The notes beneath the pieces are model-generated. The model was not told the DNA's origin, made no database searches, and saw only the letters and a program-made list of their open reading frames with translations. From Candidatus Latescibacterota bacterium (GTDB taxonomy: Bacteria; Latescibacterota; UBA2968), in contig OZ240241.1 of the NCBI GenBank assembly GCA_965198115.1, positions 2,048,001-2,112,000 on the forward strand: a stretch of 64,000 nt of DNA, given 5' to 3'. The position numbers and the translations under genes are program-made. Shown here piece by piece: positions 1 through 9,536 of this stretch (position 1 is its first letter; every line of letters begins with the position of its first letter).

Positions 1-1
1 C

Positions 2-142
2 ACCTGGTTCAACCTCGCACCCAGAGCCATCGTCGTCCGTCTCGGGAAGTGGCGTATACCCGACCTCCTGATCGCTGGCGGCAACTATGCGGCGTGGGTA
101 TTAGTTTCCGGGGTGATTTATCTTGCCTACGTGTCGGGGTAG
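2..142 (+). CDS. frdC: Fumarate reductase subunit C, 3' end (partial)
   Basis: Frame 2 reads TWFNLAPRAIVVRLGKWRIPDLLIAGGNYAAWVLVSGVIYLAYVSG*, resembling the FrdC C-terminus (TWFxLAPxA then a TM helix); lies directly upstream of frdD. Confidence 0.8.
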   Translation, partial: TWFNLAPRAIVVRLGKWRIPDLLIAGGNYAAWVLVSGVIYLAYVSG

Positions 143-151
143 GAGGAAATC

Positions 152-499
152 GTGGCCGTCAAGAAAAGCAACGATCCGTTCTTTTGGAGTCTATTCGGCG
201 CCGGTGGCGCCCTCTCGGCGATGCTGATACCGGCCTTTTTGTTTCTTGTCGGAATAGCCACGCCGCTCGGATGGGTCGAAGGGCCCGCCTACGAATCCGT
301 CAAGACGGTCTTGCTGCACCCCCTCGCCCGTTTGGTTACCTTTTTCCTCGTATCCTTATCACTGTTCCACTGGGCACACCGGTTTCGGTTCACGCTCTAC
401 GACGGCTTACAGCTCAAACATCTTTTCCAATTGATCGCCGTCGTGTGCTACGGCGGCGCATTGGCGGGCAGCATCGTAACCGGCTACATTCTCTGGTAA
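152..499 (+). CDS. frdD: Fumarate reductase subunit D (membrane anchor)
   Basis: SNDPFFWSLFGAGG and HWAHRFRFTLYD motifs, three hydrophobic segments, AGGAGG RBS before the GTG. Confidence 0.9.
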   Translation: MAVKKSNDPFFWSLFGAGGALSAMLIPAFLFLVGIATPLGWVEGPAYESVKTVLLHPLARLVTFFLVSLSLFHWAHRFRFTLYDGLQLKHLFQLIAVVCYGGALAGSIVTGYILW

Positions 500-537
500 A
501 CCATGAACAAGTGGACATCTTTCCCGAGAGACGCGTC

Positions 538-1035
538 ATGCTCGAACTCAAGAAACTGCATCAGAACGCGATCCCCGCTGCGCTCGCCAAGGTCGAGCGA
601 TATCGACTCCTCAATCAACCCCGGCTGGCCGAGAGTATCTGTCACGACATTCTGGCCATCGAGGAATCCAACCAGGAAGCGAACCGGCTTCTCATCCTCG
701 TCATCACCGATCAGTTCGGACTGAACTCCGGCTCCCTTGCCAAACGCGCTCGTGAGATCGCAGAGCGGCTGGAAACGGAGTATGATCGCCACTACTATGC
801 GGGCATCATCGCCGAGCGACTCGGCAAGGCCGCGCTCGACAGTCACACCCCGGGGAGCAATCACGACGCTTACGAATGGTTCCACGAAGCTATGGTGCTT
901 TACGACCGCGCCGAAGATCTACATCCGGAAGCGAACGACGACGCCATCCTCCGGTGGAACACGTGCGCGCGTCAAATCGACAACAACAAGCTGACCGAGC
1001 GCCCCGTGGAGCGGTTTCACCCGATGCTCGAGTAA
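538..1035 (+). CDS. Conserved hypothetical alpha-helical (TPR-like) protein
   Basis: Protein-like part of ORF 49..1035 starting at ATG 538 (MLELKKL...ERYRLLNQP...DDAILRWNTCAR). Confidence 0.7.
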   Translation: MLELKKLHQNAIPAALAKVERYRLLNQPRLAESICHDILAIEESNQEANRLLILVITDQFGLNSGSLAKRAREIAERLETEYDRHYYAGIIAERLGKAALDSHTPGSNHDAYEWFHEAMVLYDRAEDLHPEANDDAILRWNTCARQIDNNKLTERPVERFHPMLE

Positions 1036-1116
1036 GGTCTTTGCTCGATCCCAGAAAACCAAATGCCCGGAGCGTTGCGCTTCGGGCATTGTCGCGACCT
1101 CTCCGATGTATCGATC

Positions 1117-2064
1117 CTACCCGTAGACCGTCTGTATCATGGCCCTCATGTAGCCGACAGCGTAGGCCCGGCCAACCCACGCCGCCCTCTCCTGTGGGAA
1201 CGACGGTGTGTGATCCATCATAAAAGGACCGTTGAACCCGGCGTCCTTGTAGGCCTGCATCGCCTTCTGCATGTCGGTCTGTCCCTCGTCGATGAACACT
1301 TCGCGAAATCTTTTGGGCGTCCCCTGGATGTCGCGGAAGTGCACGTAGCAGATCTTGCCACGTCCGCCGATGTCGGCGATTGCGTCGAACACGGCGACGC
1401 CCATCTCGTTCACGCACCCCTGGCAGAAGAGCATGGCGTTGCTGTCACTCTCGACCGCATCGAAGATGCGATGGTAATGCTCCAGCGTCGACACAATGCG
1501 CGCCGCGCCACCTAACGGCTCGGGGATCGGCGGGTCGTCCGGATGCAACGCCATAACCACCCCGGACGATTCTGCGACGGGCACGACCCGCTCCAGAAAG
1601 TAGATGAGGTTCTCCCACAGCCGCGCCTCCTCGATCGCCTTTTCCGGCACGTCGTGGGGCGTCTTCATGAACTCGTCGTAGTCGAAAGTGCTGTAGCGGA
1701 CCCCGCCGCGACCGATGTCCGACTTCGTCCTGAAATTCCCGATCGGTTTGAAGTTGTAGCCCAGGGTCGGAACACCCGCCTCACCCAGGTTCTGCAGCAA
1801 CGTGCACCACGCGTCGATCTTCTGGTCGCGGTCCTGCAGCGCGAGCGTAAGGGCGTCCCAACCGTAGGTCGCGACATTCTGCAAGACCAGCCCGTGAGAC
1901 TCTGCCTTCTCCCGGTATCGAAGCCAGTCCTGTAGACGGTCCTTCCCGTCCTGAAGGGCTTCTGGCGTCGGGTTGATCGTGAGGTAGTCGACACCGATCG
2001 CCTTCAGGTAACTCAACGTCTCGTCGTCGATCTGATGCCAGGGGAGCTGTTCCTGAATCGTCAT
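1117..2064 (-). CDS. uxuA: Mannonate dehydratase (UxuA family)
   Basis: YFLERVVPVAE, MALHPDDPP, VHFRD and MDHTP motifs. Confidence 0.85.
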   Translation of the reverse strand: MTIQEQLPWHQIDDETLSYLKAIGVDYLTINPTPEALQDGKDRLQDWLRYREKAESHGLVLQNVATYGWDALTLALQDRDQKIDAWCTLLQNLGEAGVPTLGYNFKPIGNFRTKSDIGRGGVRYSTFDYDEFMKTPHDVPEKAIEEARLWENLIYFLERVVPVAESSGVVMALHPDDPPIPEPLGGAARIVSTLEHYHRIFDAVESDSNAMLFCQGCVNEMGVAVFDAIADIGGRGKICYVHFRDIQGTPKRFREVFIDEGQTDMQKAMQAYKDAGFNGPFMMDHTPSFPQERAAWVGRAYAVGYMRAMIQTVYG

Positions 2065-2144
2065 CGCGTTGTCTCCGTGCCGGGCGTGAACGACGCAAGA
2101 TCGGCGATTGTCGGACCCGAGGCCAGGGTATTCCCACCATCACT

Positions 2145-3071
2145 CTAACGGCGCCGTCGCCCCTTTTTCTTTCGGTCCTTGGCCATCACGAACAACTTCT
2201 CCGTGGGCGGATCGAACGCTTCGATTTCGTCGAGCGTCTCCGAAACCGCCTGCGGGATCCGAGCTGTGATCTCCGGATCGGGCTCGGATGCGTCGATCAG
2301 CCCCGCGATCTGATCGTGGATGATTCGCCGCAACCCATCCGGAATCCGACCCGCTTTGAACCGATCACAGAAGGCCTGCAACGCATCTTTCGTGAGGACG
2401 AGCGAAGGGCTCTGGCTGGCCAGGGCAACGACCACGTTTCGCAAAACTTCGTCCGAATTCCCTCTCCCACCTGCGGCACTCCGAAATGCCCTAAACGCAT
2501 CTTCCGGCAATGCGCGGAACAGGTGTAGTCGTGCGGCGAGATCTCGAAAGCGGTCCCAGTCGCCGGTCGGGTCGACCCCGACCGGTTCTCCATCTGCATT
2601 CGTGGATTGCCAGGTCCCCGGTTCTACATTCGCCCAGATGCGAGTGTCTTTGAGGCAATCCTGGAAGAAGGAGGCTTCCTTCCCCTGCGCGAGCTGCCCG
2701 CACTCCAACCGCATACGAGACAACCTTCGATGGGCGATTTCCCAACCCTCTTTTCGGATTGTCTCGAAATCACCTCCTCCGATGAGATCGACAGCCGCGT
2801 TGAGATCTCCGTCGGAAGCCGATTCGAGGCCGAGGTCGAGACAGACGATCACCTGATAGACCCCCCGCTCGATCTCCTCGCGTTCAATCGCCATACCCGA
2901 GCGATTCTTCGTGCCATAGGACATCGCGTGGATCCGCAAATAGGCTTGGAGGCCTTCCGCCGTGTGCTCGGGCAGCTTCCTGTACTCCACTCCGAGCGCG
3001 ACCGCCTGTCCGACGAAGCTCTCCTCGTCGATACGCAACCGCGTAAAATCGACCGATGCGAGTCCTGTCAC
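2145..3071 (-). CDS. Hypothetical protein, resembles the C-terminal half of DUF6178-type proteins
   Basis: GTG at 3071 overlaps the upstream stop (GTGA); LDLGLESASDGD...GW motif; family assignment is from memory. Confidence 0.65.
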   Translation of the reverse strand: MTGLASVDFTRLRIDEESFVGQAVALGVEYRKLPEHTAEGLQAYLRIHAMSYGTKNRSGMAIEREEIERGVYQVIVCLDLGLESASDGDLNAAVDLIGGGDFETIRKEGWEIAHRRLSRMRLECGQLAQGKEASFFQDCLKDTRIWANVEPGTWQSTNADGEPVGVDPTGDWDRFRDLAARLHLFRALPEDAFRAFRSAAGGRGNSDEVLRNVVVALASQSPSLVLTKDALQAFCDRFKAGRIPDGLRRIIHDQIAGLIDASEPDPEITARIPQAVSETLDEIEAFDPPTEKLFVMAKDRKKKGRRRR

Positions 3072-4075
3072 TCCATCCGCCTCCAGAGGGAGATGTCGCC
3101 GTCGTCCCCTTCGTCGTCCTGATCTTCGGTGCTCGGCTCCTCGGCCTGCTCGACCTTTTTGACCCGCACGACTTCTTCGTCGCCCGCGGACCGCTCCCAG
3201 GCTCGTCGCATGACGAGACGCATGACGTCGGGCGCCGCATCGTAGAGCGCGTCGAGCACGTCGCCCAGACGACCATCCCCGACGAATCGGCTGGGTCGAA
3301 CGGCACCCGCCCCATCGCTCGAAAGAAACCGGAACACGGGGACGCCCCCCATGACCTTGTTGAGATCCTGGCGGCTGAGGCGATCCACCAGGGCGTCTTC
3401 GAGCAGTTCGGGGTCGGCGCCCCGCAGCAAAGCGGCGGCGTGATTGGGGTCGTCGATGCCAGCCACAGCCTCGAGCCACTGCCACGAAACACGACCCCTC
3501 ACCTTCTGGTCGTCGACGGGCGACAACGTCTCCTCCACGATCCGTCGAAAGGTCTGCGGTGTCATCGCTTTGATGAGCGACGTGTTGTAGACCCTCTCGT
3601 CCGGGCGAACGGCAACCATCGTCGCAATCGTCTCGGTGGGGAGGAGGGTGAGGACCTCGGTGCGGTAGGCCGGACGTCCGTCTTCTCCCGTGGCGGTGAG
3701 GGATAACATCTGCTCTGGGTCCTCGTCCAGGGTAACGAGGGCAGCCTGGGCGTCGTCGGACATCGCCTGCACGAGGCTTCGGGCATCGGCGTGCTTACCC
3801 GACACGACCAGGCTACGGACTTTAGACGTCGTATCCGCGACCTCCACCAGGTCGCTCGACCACGCACCCAGTCGCACGAGTCCCCTTTTGACGGAAACCT
3901 CGGGCGAAGATTCGCGAGGGCCCGCTCCGAACGCGTCGGGTTCGACCGTCAAAACCGGTCGGGTTTCTATTTTTCGCTGGCAAGACACGCACGTTGCCAC
4001 GCGTGGCAGAGCCGCGAGACGTGCCTGAGGGATCTCCACACCACACACATTGCATCGCCTGGTGTCTTGATTCAA
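3068..4075 (-). CDS. TraR/DksA C4 zinc finger fused to a helical (MgtE-N/DUF6178-like) domain
   Basis: CNVCGVEIPQARLAALPRVATCVSCQ; GGAGG RBS before TTG at 4075; acidic tail. Confidence 0.75.
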   Translation of the reverse strand: MNQDTRRCNVCGVEIPQARLAALPRVATCVSCQRKIETRPVLTVEPDAFGAGPRESSPEVSVKRGLVRLGAWSSDLVEVADTTSKVRSLVVSGKHADARSLVQAMSDDAQAALVTLDEDPEQMLSLTATGEDGRPAYRTEVLTLLPTETIATMVAVRPDERVYNTSLIKAMTPQTFRRIVEETLSPVDDQKVRGRVSWQWLEAVAGIDDPNHAAALLRGADPELLEDALVDRLSRQDLNKVMGGVPVFRFLSSDGAGAVRPSRFVGDGRLGDVLDALYDAAPDVMRLVMRRAWERSAGDEEVVRVKKVEQAEEPSTEDQDDEGDDGDISLWRRME

Positions 4076-4192
4076 AGTCAGTCCTCCACAAGCCCGTTGC
4101 TGGGAACGATCCATACAGAATCTATTCCAACCAGCCGCGAGAGTCAACCCTGATTTTTCGCATAAAATAAATAAAATCAATAACTTATATAT

Positions 4193-4221
4193 TTGACTTC
4201 GGATGCGAATGTCACTATATT
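4193..4221 (+). promoter_or_regulatory. Sigma70-type promoter
   Basis: TTGACT-N17-TATATT preceded by an AT-rich UP-like tract. Confidence 0.6.
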
Positions 4222-4303
4222 AAGGGCGTGACAGAACAAGGGGCTGATGCCGAAACGCGGCGTCAGCCCCATTCGTTTGCCCCTCGGCGTTCGAGAGGAC
4301 GGC

Positions 4304-4331
4304 TTGACAGGACCTACCTAACATCTATCTT
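4304..4331 (+). promoter_or_regulatory. Second sigma70-type promoter upstream of the response regulator
   Basis: TTGACA-N16-TATCTT. Confidence 0.45.
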
Positions 4332-4413
4332 CCTCAGATGTTTACCGTGCTGCCACGCTCTCCTCGACCACTCCTCGGAGCCGATTCTCGACCGTCCGCC
4401 CCGGCGTCCCATC

Positions 4414-5115
4414 TTGAGTGAAACACCCGAAAGATATGCCCATCTGCTCCTGGTTGCGGACGAGGCACGGGGTGTTAGACTCAAATCCGACCTCGAGTTC
4501 ATCGGATACACGATCAGCCTGCTCGTGGTCGACGAAGCGGGTCGTCTTTCCGACGCCCGGGCGCCGGTCGAGGACACCCACGCGATCATCATCGACTTCG
4601 ACACCGACTGGACGACACTCTCCCAGATCGTCCAGGAGGTGCGGGTCAAATTCGGCCAGAAAACCAGACCCCTCCTGATTTTTACGGATGAACGGGTCGC
4701 CCTCGAACTGGACTTCTCAACCGGTGTGACCGACTTCATCGTTCGTCCCTATTCCCTCCGAGAAGTCGAAGCCCGGCTGCGTCTGGCGCTTTGGAACGAG
4801 GACCGGCCCGACGACGCCACGACCGTTAAGGTCGATAACCTCGTCATCAACACGACCCGCTACGAGGTACGTGTCGACGGTAACGCGGTCAACCTGACGC
4901 TGAAGGAATACGAACTCCTCCGACACCTTGTGACCCATCGGGGCCGGGTCTTTACCCGGGCAGACCTTTTAGACAACATCTGGGGATACGACTACTACGG
5001 CGGGATGCGCACGGTAGACGTGCACATTCGACGGCTTCGATCCAAGCTCGGATCGGTGGGGGGCCGAATCACGACGCTTCGTGGCGTGGGCTACCGCTTC
5101 GATCACCCGGGCTGA
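4414..5115 (+). CDS. OmpR/PhoB winged-helix response regulator with atypical (GlnR-like) receiver
   Basis: LTLKEYELL...WGYDYYGGMRTVDVHIRRLRSKL...RGVGYRF; receiver Lys replaced (DFIVRPY); start codon uncertain. Confidence 0.88.
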   Translation: MSETPERYAHLLLVADEARGVRLKSDLEFIGYTISLLVVDEAGRLSDARAPVEDTHAIIIDFDTDWTTLSQIVQEVRVKFGQKTRPLLIFTDERVALELDFSTGVTDFIVRPYSLREVEARLRLALWNEDRPDDATTVKVDNLVINTTRYEVRVDGNAVNLTLKEYELLRHLVTHRGRVFTRADLLDNIWGYDYYGGMRTVDVHIRRLRSKLGSVGGRITTLRGVGYRFDHPG

Positions 5116-5473
5116 TCAGGACCCACCACGCGCCGCACCGCGTTCAGCAGATCGGTGATCATCACCGGTTTCATCAACACTTCGGCGACACTGAACTCCT
5201 CGATTCTCGTGGCCACGACTTCTCCGGGAAGTGTCCTGTCATCACGACCACGGGTACCTCGCTACCGGCCTTCCTCAGCTCCTCCAGCACCTCGAACCCA
5301 TCCAGTCTGGGCATCTTCAGGTCAAGAATCACAAGGTCGAAGGTTCCTTCCAGGGCCGCTTCGAGTGTCTCCTGTCCATCTTTCGCCACGAGAACCTCGA
5401 AGCCGTTGCCCTCGAGCATTTGTGCGTAAAGCCGCCGGATCGAAGGTTCGTCGTCAGCGAGAAGCAGCCGCAT
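5103..5473 (-). CDS. Single-domain response regulator (frameshift near 5222)
   Basis: MRLLLADDE...LDLKMP...MTGH, continuing in another frame as EVVATRIEEF...LMKPVMITDLL. Confidence 0.8.
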
Positions 5474-5969
5474 GCGGGACCATCGGATCAGGGGGTGGGG
5501 ACGCAGGTCGTAACACGCCAAATCGATCTTCGAGCACCTTTCGACGAAAGTCGAAGATCCGGTGTAGATTACGACCCACGACCGTGCTGTGAGCGACTCT
5601 CCCGAGCGGACCGAAGGGGAGGCCATAATTCACGATGTCGCGCATTTCGATTCCCCCCGGAACTTCGCCAAAGCGATGCTGGTGGTGCCAGAATTTATAG
5701 GGGCCGAATCGCTGCTCATCCACAAAGTACTGGGATTCTTTGACGTGCGTAATCTCCGTTACCCAGCTCAGTCTCAGTCCGAAGAACGGATGCAGTCGGT
5801 AGGTGATGATCATTCCCGGCCGTAGACGTTCCCCGCCTCCGTCGATCACTCGCAACCCCAGCATCGGTGGTGTGAGGTCGCCCAGGTTCAACGGATTGGA
5901 GAAAAACCGCCACGCCCGATCCACCGAAATGGGCAGACGCTGAACCCGATCGATCACGTAAAGTCGCAC
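5454..5969 (-). CDS. SRPBCC family protein
   Basis: AWRFFSNPLNL, FVDEQRFGPYKFWHHQH and IFDFR motifs. Confidence 0.88.
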   Translation of the reverse strand: MRLYVIDRVQRLPISVDRAWRFFSNPLNLGDLTPPMLGLRVIDGGGERLRPGMIITYRLHPFFGLRLSWVTEITHVKESQYFVDEQRFGPYKFWHHQHRFGEVPGGIEMRDIVNYGLPFGPLGRVAHSTVVGRNLHRIFDFRRKVLEDRFGVLRPASPPPDPMVPHAAASR

Positions 5970-5972
5970 GAC

Positions 5973-6959
5973 CTAGTGGGCGGCAGCGTAGTGCTGTCGG
6001 AGAACATCCTCGCCAAAATCGTTCACGAGATCGCGCCACACGGCGTGAATGTGGTTGGCTTCATTCTGGGTGCAGTCGTATTCAGCAAGAAACGTCGGCG
6101 CGAGTACACGGTAGTAGTGCCCTTCGCCCCGCGTCTCGGGCCCTGCCCACGCGAACCGGATGTCTCCATCATCGGTCGCTTCGACCCGCGCTTGCTCGTC
6201 GGTCGCGAGGGCGTCGGGCAACCGCCCCACGTAAACGTCGATCAGTTCGGCGAGCGTCGTCCGCTGCGTCTCGTTCATGTTGTCGGCCGAAAGCCCGTCG
6301 GGTTCCGAGTCGAGTTCCGACGTCACCTTGGGGACGTTCTTCGTCAGGAGGTCTGCCGGTGCTTCGGCATTCACGATCGCTGAAGCTTTCTGGTCCCCGT
6401 CGAGGGAGGCGAGCAGGTCGCGGGCGACATCCTCTTCTTCTTTGAGCGCCCGGACACCTTCGGTGCTGCCGTGAAGCACCTTTGCGGGGTTGGCACCCAG
6501 GAAAACGGGTGTCGGACCGATCAGCTCTCCGTCGACGATCGCGTAGTTCACCGAAACGTGATGCCCTTCGAAGCGCCACCCCCATCGATGCTCGTCTCCG
6601 GGCGTTCCAAAGATGCTTACGTAGTAGATCTCCGGGTCTCGTCGCCATTTTCCACCGGGTCCCTCCATCTCACCCAGGATCGGCTCCAGGTCGATGATGG
6701 TCCTGGCGCGATGCATTCCCGAGCCGCTCAGACCCGTTCCCAGAAGACGATGGGCAAGCTCCACCTGCCACCCGTCCATGTCTTTGAGCGTCAAACCCTT
6801 TCGTTCGACCGGTGTATAGTGCCAGTTTCGACGCTCCTCTTCGTCGTCGAAGTCGAGTGTCGCTCGCGCCTTCTGGTCGTCGCCCAGGGCCGCGAGAAAG
6901 TCGGTGGCGGCGTCGGACATCCGTCTGATGATGTCGCCGTGACGAAGATGGCTGCTCAT
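5973..6959 (-). CDS. DUF3500 domain protein
   Basis: WGWRFEGHHVSVN, FAWAG and NHIHAVWRD...DFG motifs. Confidence 0.88.
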   Translation of the reverse strand: MSSHLRHGDIIRRMSDAATDFLAALGDDQKARATLDFDDEEERRNWHYTPVERKGLTLKDMDGWQVELAHRLLGTGLSGSGMHRARTIIDLEPILGEMEGPGGKWRRDPEIYYVSIFGTPGDEHRWGWRFEGHHVSVNYAIVDGELIGPTPVFLGANPAKVLHGSTEGVRALKEEEDVARDLLASLDGDQKASAIVNAEAPADLLTKNVPKVTSELDSEPDGLSADNMNETQRTTLAELIDVYVGRLPDALATDEQARVEATDDGDIRFAWAGPETRGEGHYYRVLAPTFLAEYDCTQNEANHIHAVWRDLVNDFGEDVLRQHYAAAH

Positions 6960-7129
6960 AATGCCTCCTGTTCTGATCCGGTTGAGTCCCAAAAATACCA
7001 CGTGACGGGTCAGGGTCAAGGACGCCGCCCGTGCTTGCGCGGAGGACACTCGCCAGCGACATTCGTCCCAACCCCGAATCGCGGGTTGCACAAACCCCAA
7101 CCCAACCGACCTGAAAGGTCGTCAGACCC

Positions 7130-7390
7130 GTGGCCAAAGAAAAAGTCGACCGTCGCACGATCTCGATTCATTGCGCGCGCTGCAGGACACGTCTCTACAA
7201 GTATCGTAAGGGGGGGCGCGGTGGGCTCGTGAAGTGCATCGTCGATCGGATTTCGGAAGATCACACGGCGGGTGACCTGAAGTGTCCTAAATGCGGTCAA
7301 CAGTTCGCTCGCCCCTTGCCTCGGGGTGGCCAGCCCGCTCACAAGATCATTCAAGGGAAGGTCTACACCAAGGGCATGCCCCGAAAGTGA
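7130..7390 (+). CDS. Small basic zinc-ribbon protein
   Basis: CARC...YKYRKGGRGGLVKC...CPKCG. Confidence 0.7.
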   Translation: MAKEKVDRRTISIHCARCRTRLYKYRKGGRGGLVKCIVDRISEDHTAGDLKCPKCGQQFARPLPRGGQPAHKIIQGKVYTKGMPRK

Positions 7391-7391
7391 G

Positions 7392-8741
7392 TCACGTGAT
7401 CCGCCCGGCCTTGGAAACGCCGTCCCGCCACAGATCGTAGCGCGGATCCACGTAGCTTTCGAAGAACGCATCCAGTTCTTCGCGGAGAGGCGCGATGACG
7501 CCGTCGGATTCGGCTTCTGCCCGGTTCAGGCGTTCCCCCGGGTCCGACCTCATATCGTAAAGCTCGTCGGGACCGTCGGGATTCCGAACGGTATACTTCC
7601 ATCGGTCGGTCCGGATCATCCGAGTGTTTTCGAACTCGTGAAAGATCGTCCCCTGCCACGCGGCGGGCTTCCCTTCGAGCGCGTTCGCGTAGGATCTGCC
7701 CGGGCTTCGATCGAGCGCGAGATCGAGTTGCAGGTAGTCCCGCATCGACGGCAGGAAATCGTAGTTGCACGTCCTTCCGTCGAACACCGATCCACGCGGA
7801 ATCCTCGACGGATGTCGAAGAATCAGCGGGATGTGGATCGCTTCTTCGAATGTGTGAAGCGGTCTCGAGTGATCGCCCATCCCCCACATCCCGTGATGTC
7901 CACCGCACAACCCCTGGTCTGACGTAAAGATCACCAGCGTGTCTTCGGCCAGACCCAGACGATCCAACGAATCCATCAGCGTTCCCACGCCGTCGTCGAC
8001 ACCGCTCACCGCCGCTGCGTATCCCTTGATACTCACCTCGTTGTTGATGATGTGGCGGTTGTTGTAGAGCCACGGATGGACCTTTTCACGTGGAAAGCAC
8101 CTCAACGGCTTGTCTGCATAGTGATCGCTGTGCCGATTGACGTGGGGATGCGTCATCGACTCACCCAACCCATAGGGCCCGTTGTAGGCCACATACAGAA
8201 AAAACGGATCGTCTCGTCGGTGCTCCAGGAAGTGCACGGCGTGCGTCGTGATCGCATCGGTCACGTATCGCGGCTCCCGGTAGACGTCGCCTTTCCAAAT
8301 CATCTCGCTGTCGTAGAATTCCGAGGTGCTTCCTTTGGGCCGGGTGAACCAGTAGTCGAATCCCAGCTGGGGATTCAGGCTATCGCCCAGGTGCCATTTA
8401 CCCGACAGCCCGCACGAGTAGCCGGCAGAGTGAAGCCCGGCCGGCAGGTTTTCGAACTCGGCGATCGTGCAATAGGCGTCGGGCCCCATCTGTGCATCGG
8501 GCTTCTCGCCCCCCAGGTAGCAGTGCACGCCGTGCTGGGATGGAATCAGTCCGGTGAACCACGTGGCCCTGCTCGGCGAGCAGACGGAGTTGACACAGTA
8601 GGCGTTCGAAAACCGCGTTCCCTCCGACGCGAGACCGTCGATACGTGGCGTTCGGATGTCCTCGTTTCCGTAGCACCCGAGCGTCCACGCCCCCTGGTTG
8701 TCGGTCATGATCATGACCACATTCGGCCTGTCAGCGCTCAC
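7392..8741 (-). CDS. Cys-type sulfatase
   Basis: PNVVMIMTD, CSPSR, GKWHLG, SDQG and ELYD...DPGE motifs. Confidence 0.92.
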   Translation of the reverse strand: MSADRPNVVMIMTDNQGAWTLGCYGNEDIRTPRIDGLASEGTRFSNAYCVNSVCSPSRATWFTGLIPSQHGVHCYLGGEKPDAQMGPDAYCTIAEFENLPAGLHSAGYSCGLSGKWHLGDSLNPQLGFDYWFTRPKGSTSEFYDSEMIWKGDVYREPRYVTDAITTHAVHFLEHRRDDPFFLYVAYNGPYGLGESMTHPHVNRHSDHYADKPLRCFPREKVHPWLYNNRHIINNEVSIKGYAAAVSGVDDGVGTLMDSLDRLGLAEDTLVIFTSDQGLCGGHHGMWGMGDHSRPLHTFEEAIHIPLILRHPSRIPRGSVFDGRTCNYDFLPSMRDYLQLDLALDRSPGRSYANALEGKPAAWQGTIFHEFENTRMIRTDRWKYTVRNPDGPDELYDMRSDPGERLNRAEAESDGVIAPLREELDAFFESYVDPRYDLWRDGVSKAGRIT

Positions 8742-8756
8742 GTGTAGCCCATCCTG

Positions 8757-9530
8757 TCACTGTCGAACATCGACTCTTCCATACCAAACGCGCCGGGACT
8801 GAGACACGACTCGTAGACCCAGTTTTTTCAGAAGCGGGCCGGACGAGCGATCCTTGACCACGACGGCGCGTCGTGCCACCCGCACGGCTTCGTCCAATGT
8901 CTCCCGAGTCGGTGCGCCCTCGTAGGCGAGCAGACGCACCAGGTCGAGACCCTTGGAGTGAGCGAAAGTGGCCTCGAACATCGGATCGAAGTAGACGACA
9001 TCCCACGCATCCTCGTCCAGGGTCGGCAGATAACTTCGAGCATCGGCACAGACGATCGCGATTCGTTTCATTGCAAGGAGGAGGTCGTCGGCCAGGTGCT
9101 CGTAAGTTCGCGTGCCGTATCGCACGAGCGCGGCCAGGACGCGCGACCGTTCGATGGCACAGACCCGGCCGGACCGTCCCACCCGATGGGAGGCCACCGT
9201 CGCGTCGGCGCCCAGACCGCACGTGCAATCGAGAAACGACTCACCGGTGCGAAGACCCGACGCCTCGATCATCCGATCGCAGTCCCCGTGGACGAGGGTT
9301 CGGATCCGAGGCCTGGCCATGTTGGGATGAAACCGGAAAACACGACCCTCAACCACGAGCCGAATCTCGTGTTCGGCGACGACGATCACTCCGCCCATCC
9401 GGTCCTGATCGTCCGTCAGCTCGCGCAGGGCCCGCCGTTCACGCGTGACGAACGGACAGTGGAGCTCATCCGCGACGGCTCTCGCCGAACTCGTCAGGCG
9501 AGCGGTCTTCGGTGATGGCCGGCACGGCCA
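8757..9530 (-). CDS. Class I SAM methyltransferase (RsmJ-like); 5' end uncertain
   Basis: FHPNMA, LDCTCGLGADA and VYFDPMF motifs; the frame stays open upstream of ATG 9398 (ARAVADELHCPFV). Confidence 0.75.
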   Translation of the reverse strand, partial: WPCRPSPKTARLTSSARAVADELHCPFVTRERRALRELTDDQDRMGGVIVVAEHEIRLVVEGRVFRFHPNMARPRIRTLVHGDCDRMIEASGLRTGESFLDCTCGLGADATVASHRVGRSGRVCAIERSRVLAALVRYGTRTYEHLADDLLLAMKRIAIVCADARSYLPTLDEDAWDVVYFDPMFEATFAHSKGLDLVRLLAYEGAPTRETLDEAVRVARRAVVVKDRSSGPLLKKLGLRVVSQSRRVWYGRVDVRQ

Positions 9531-9536
9531 CGACAG

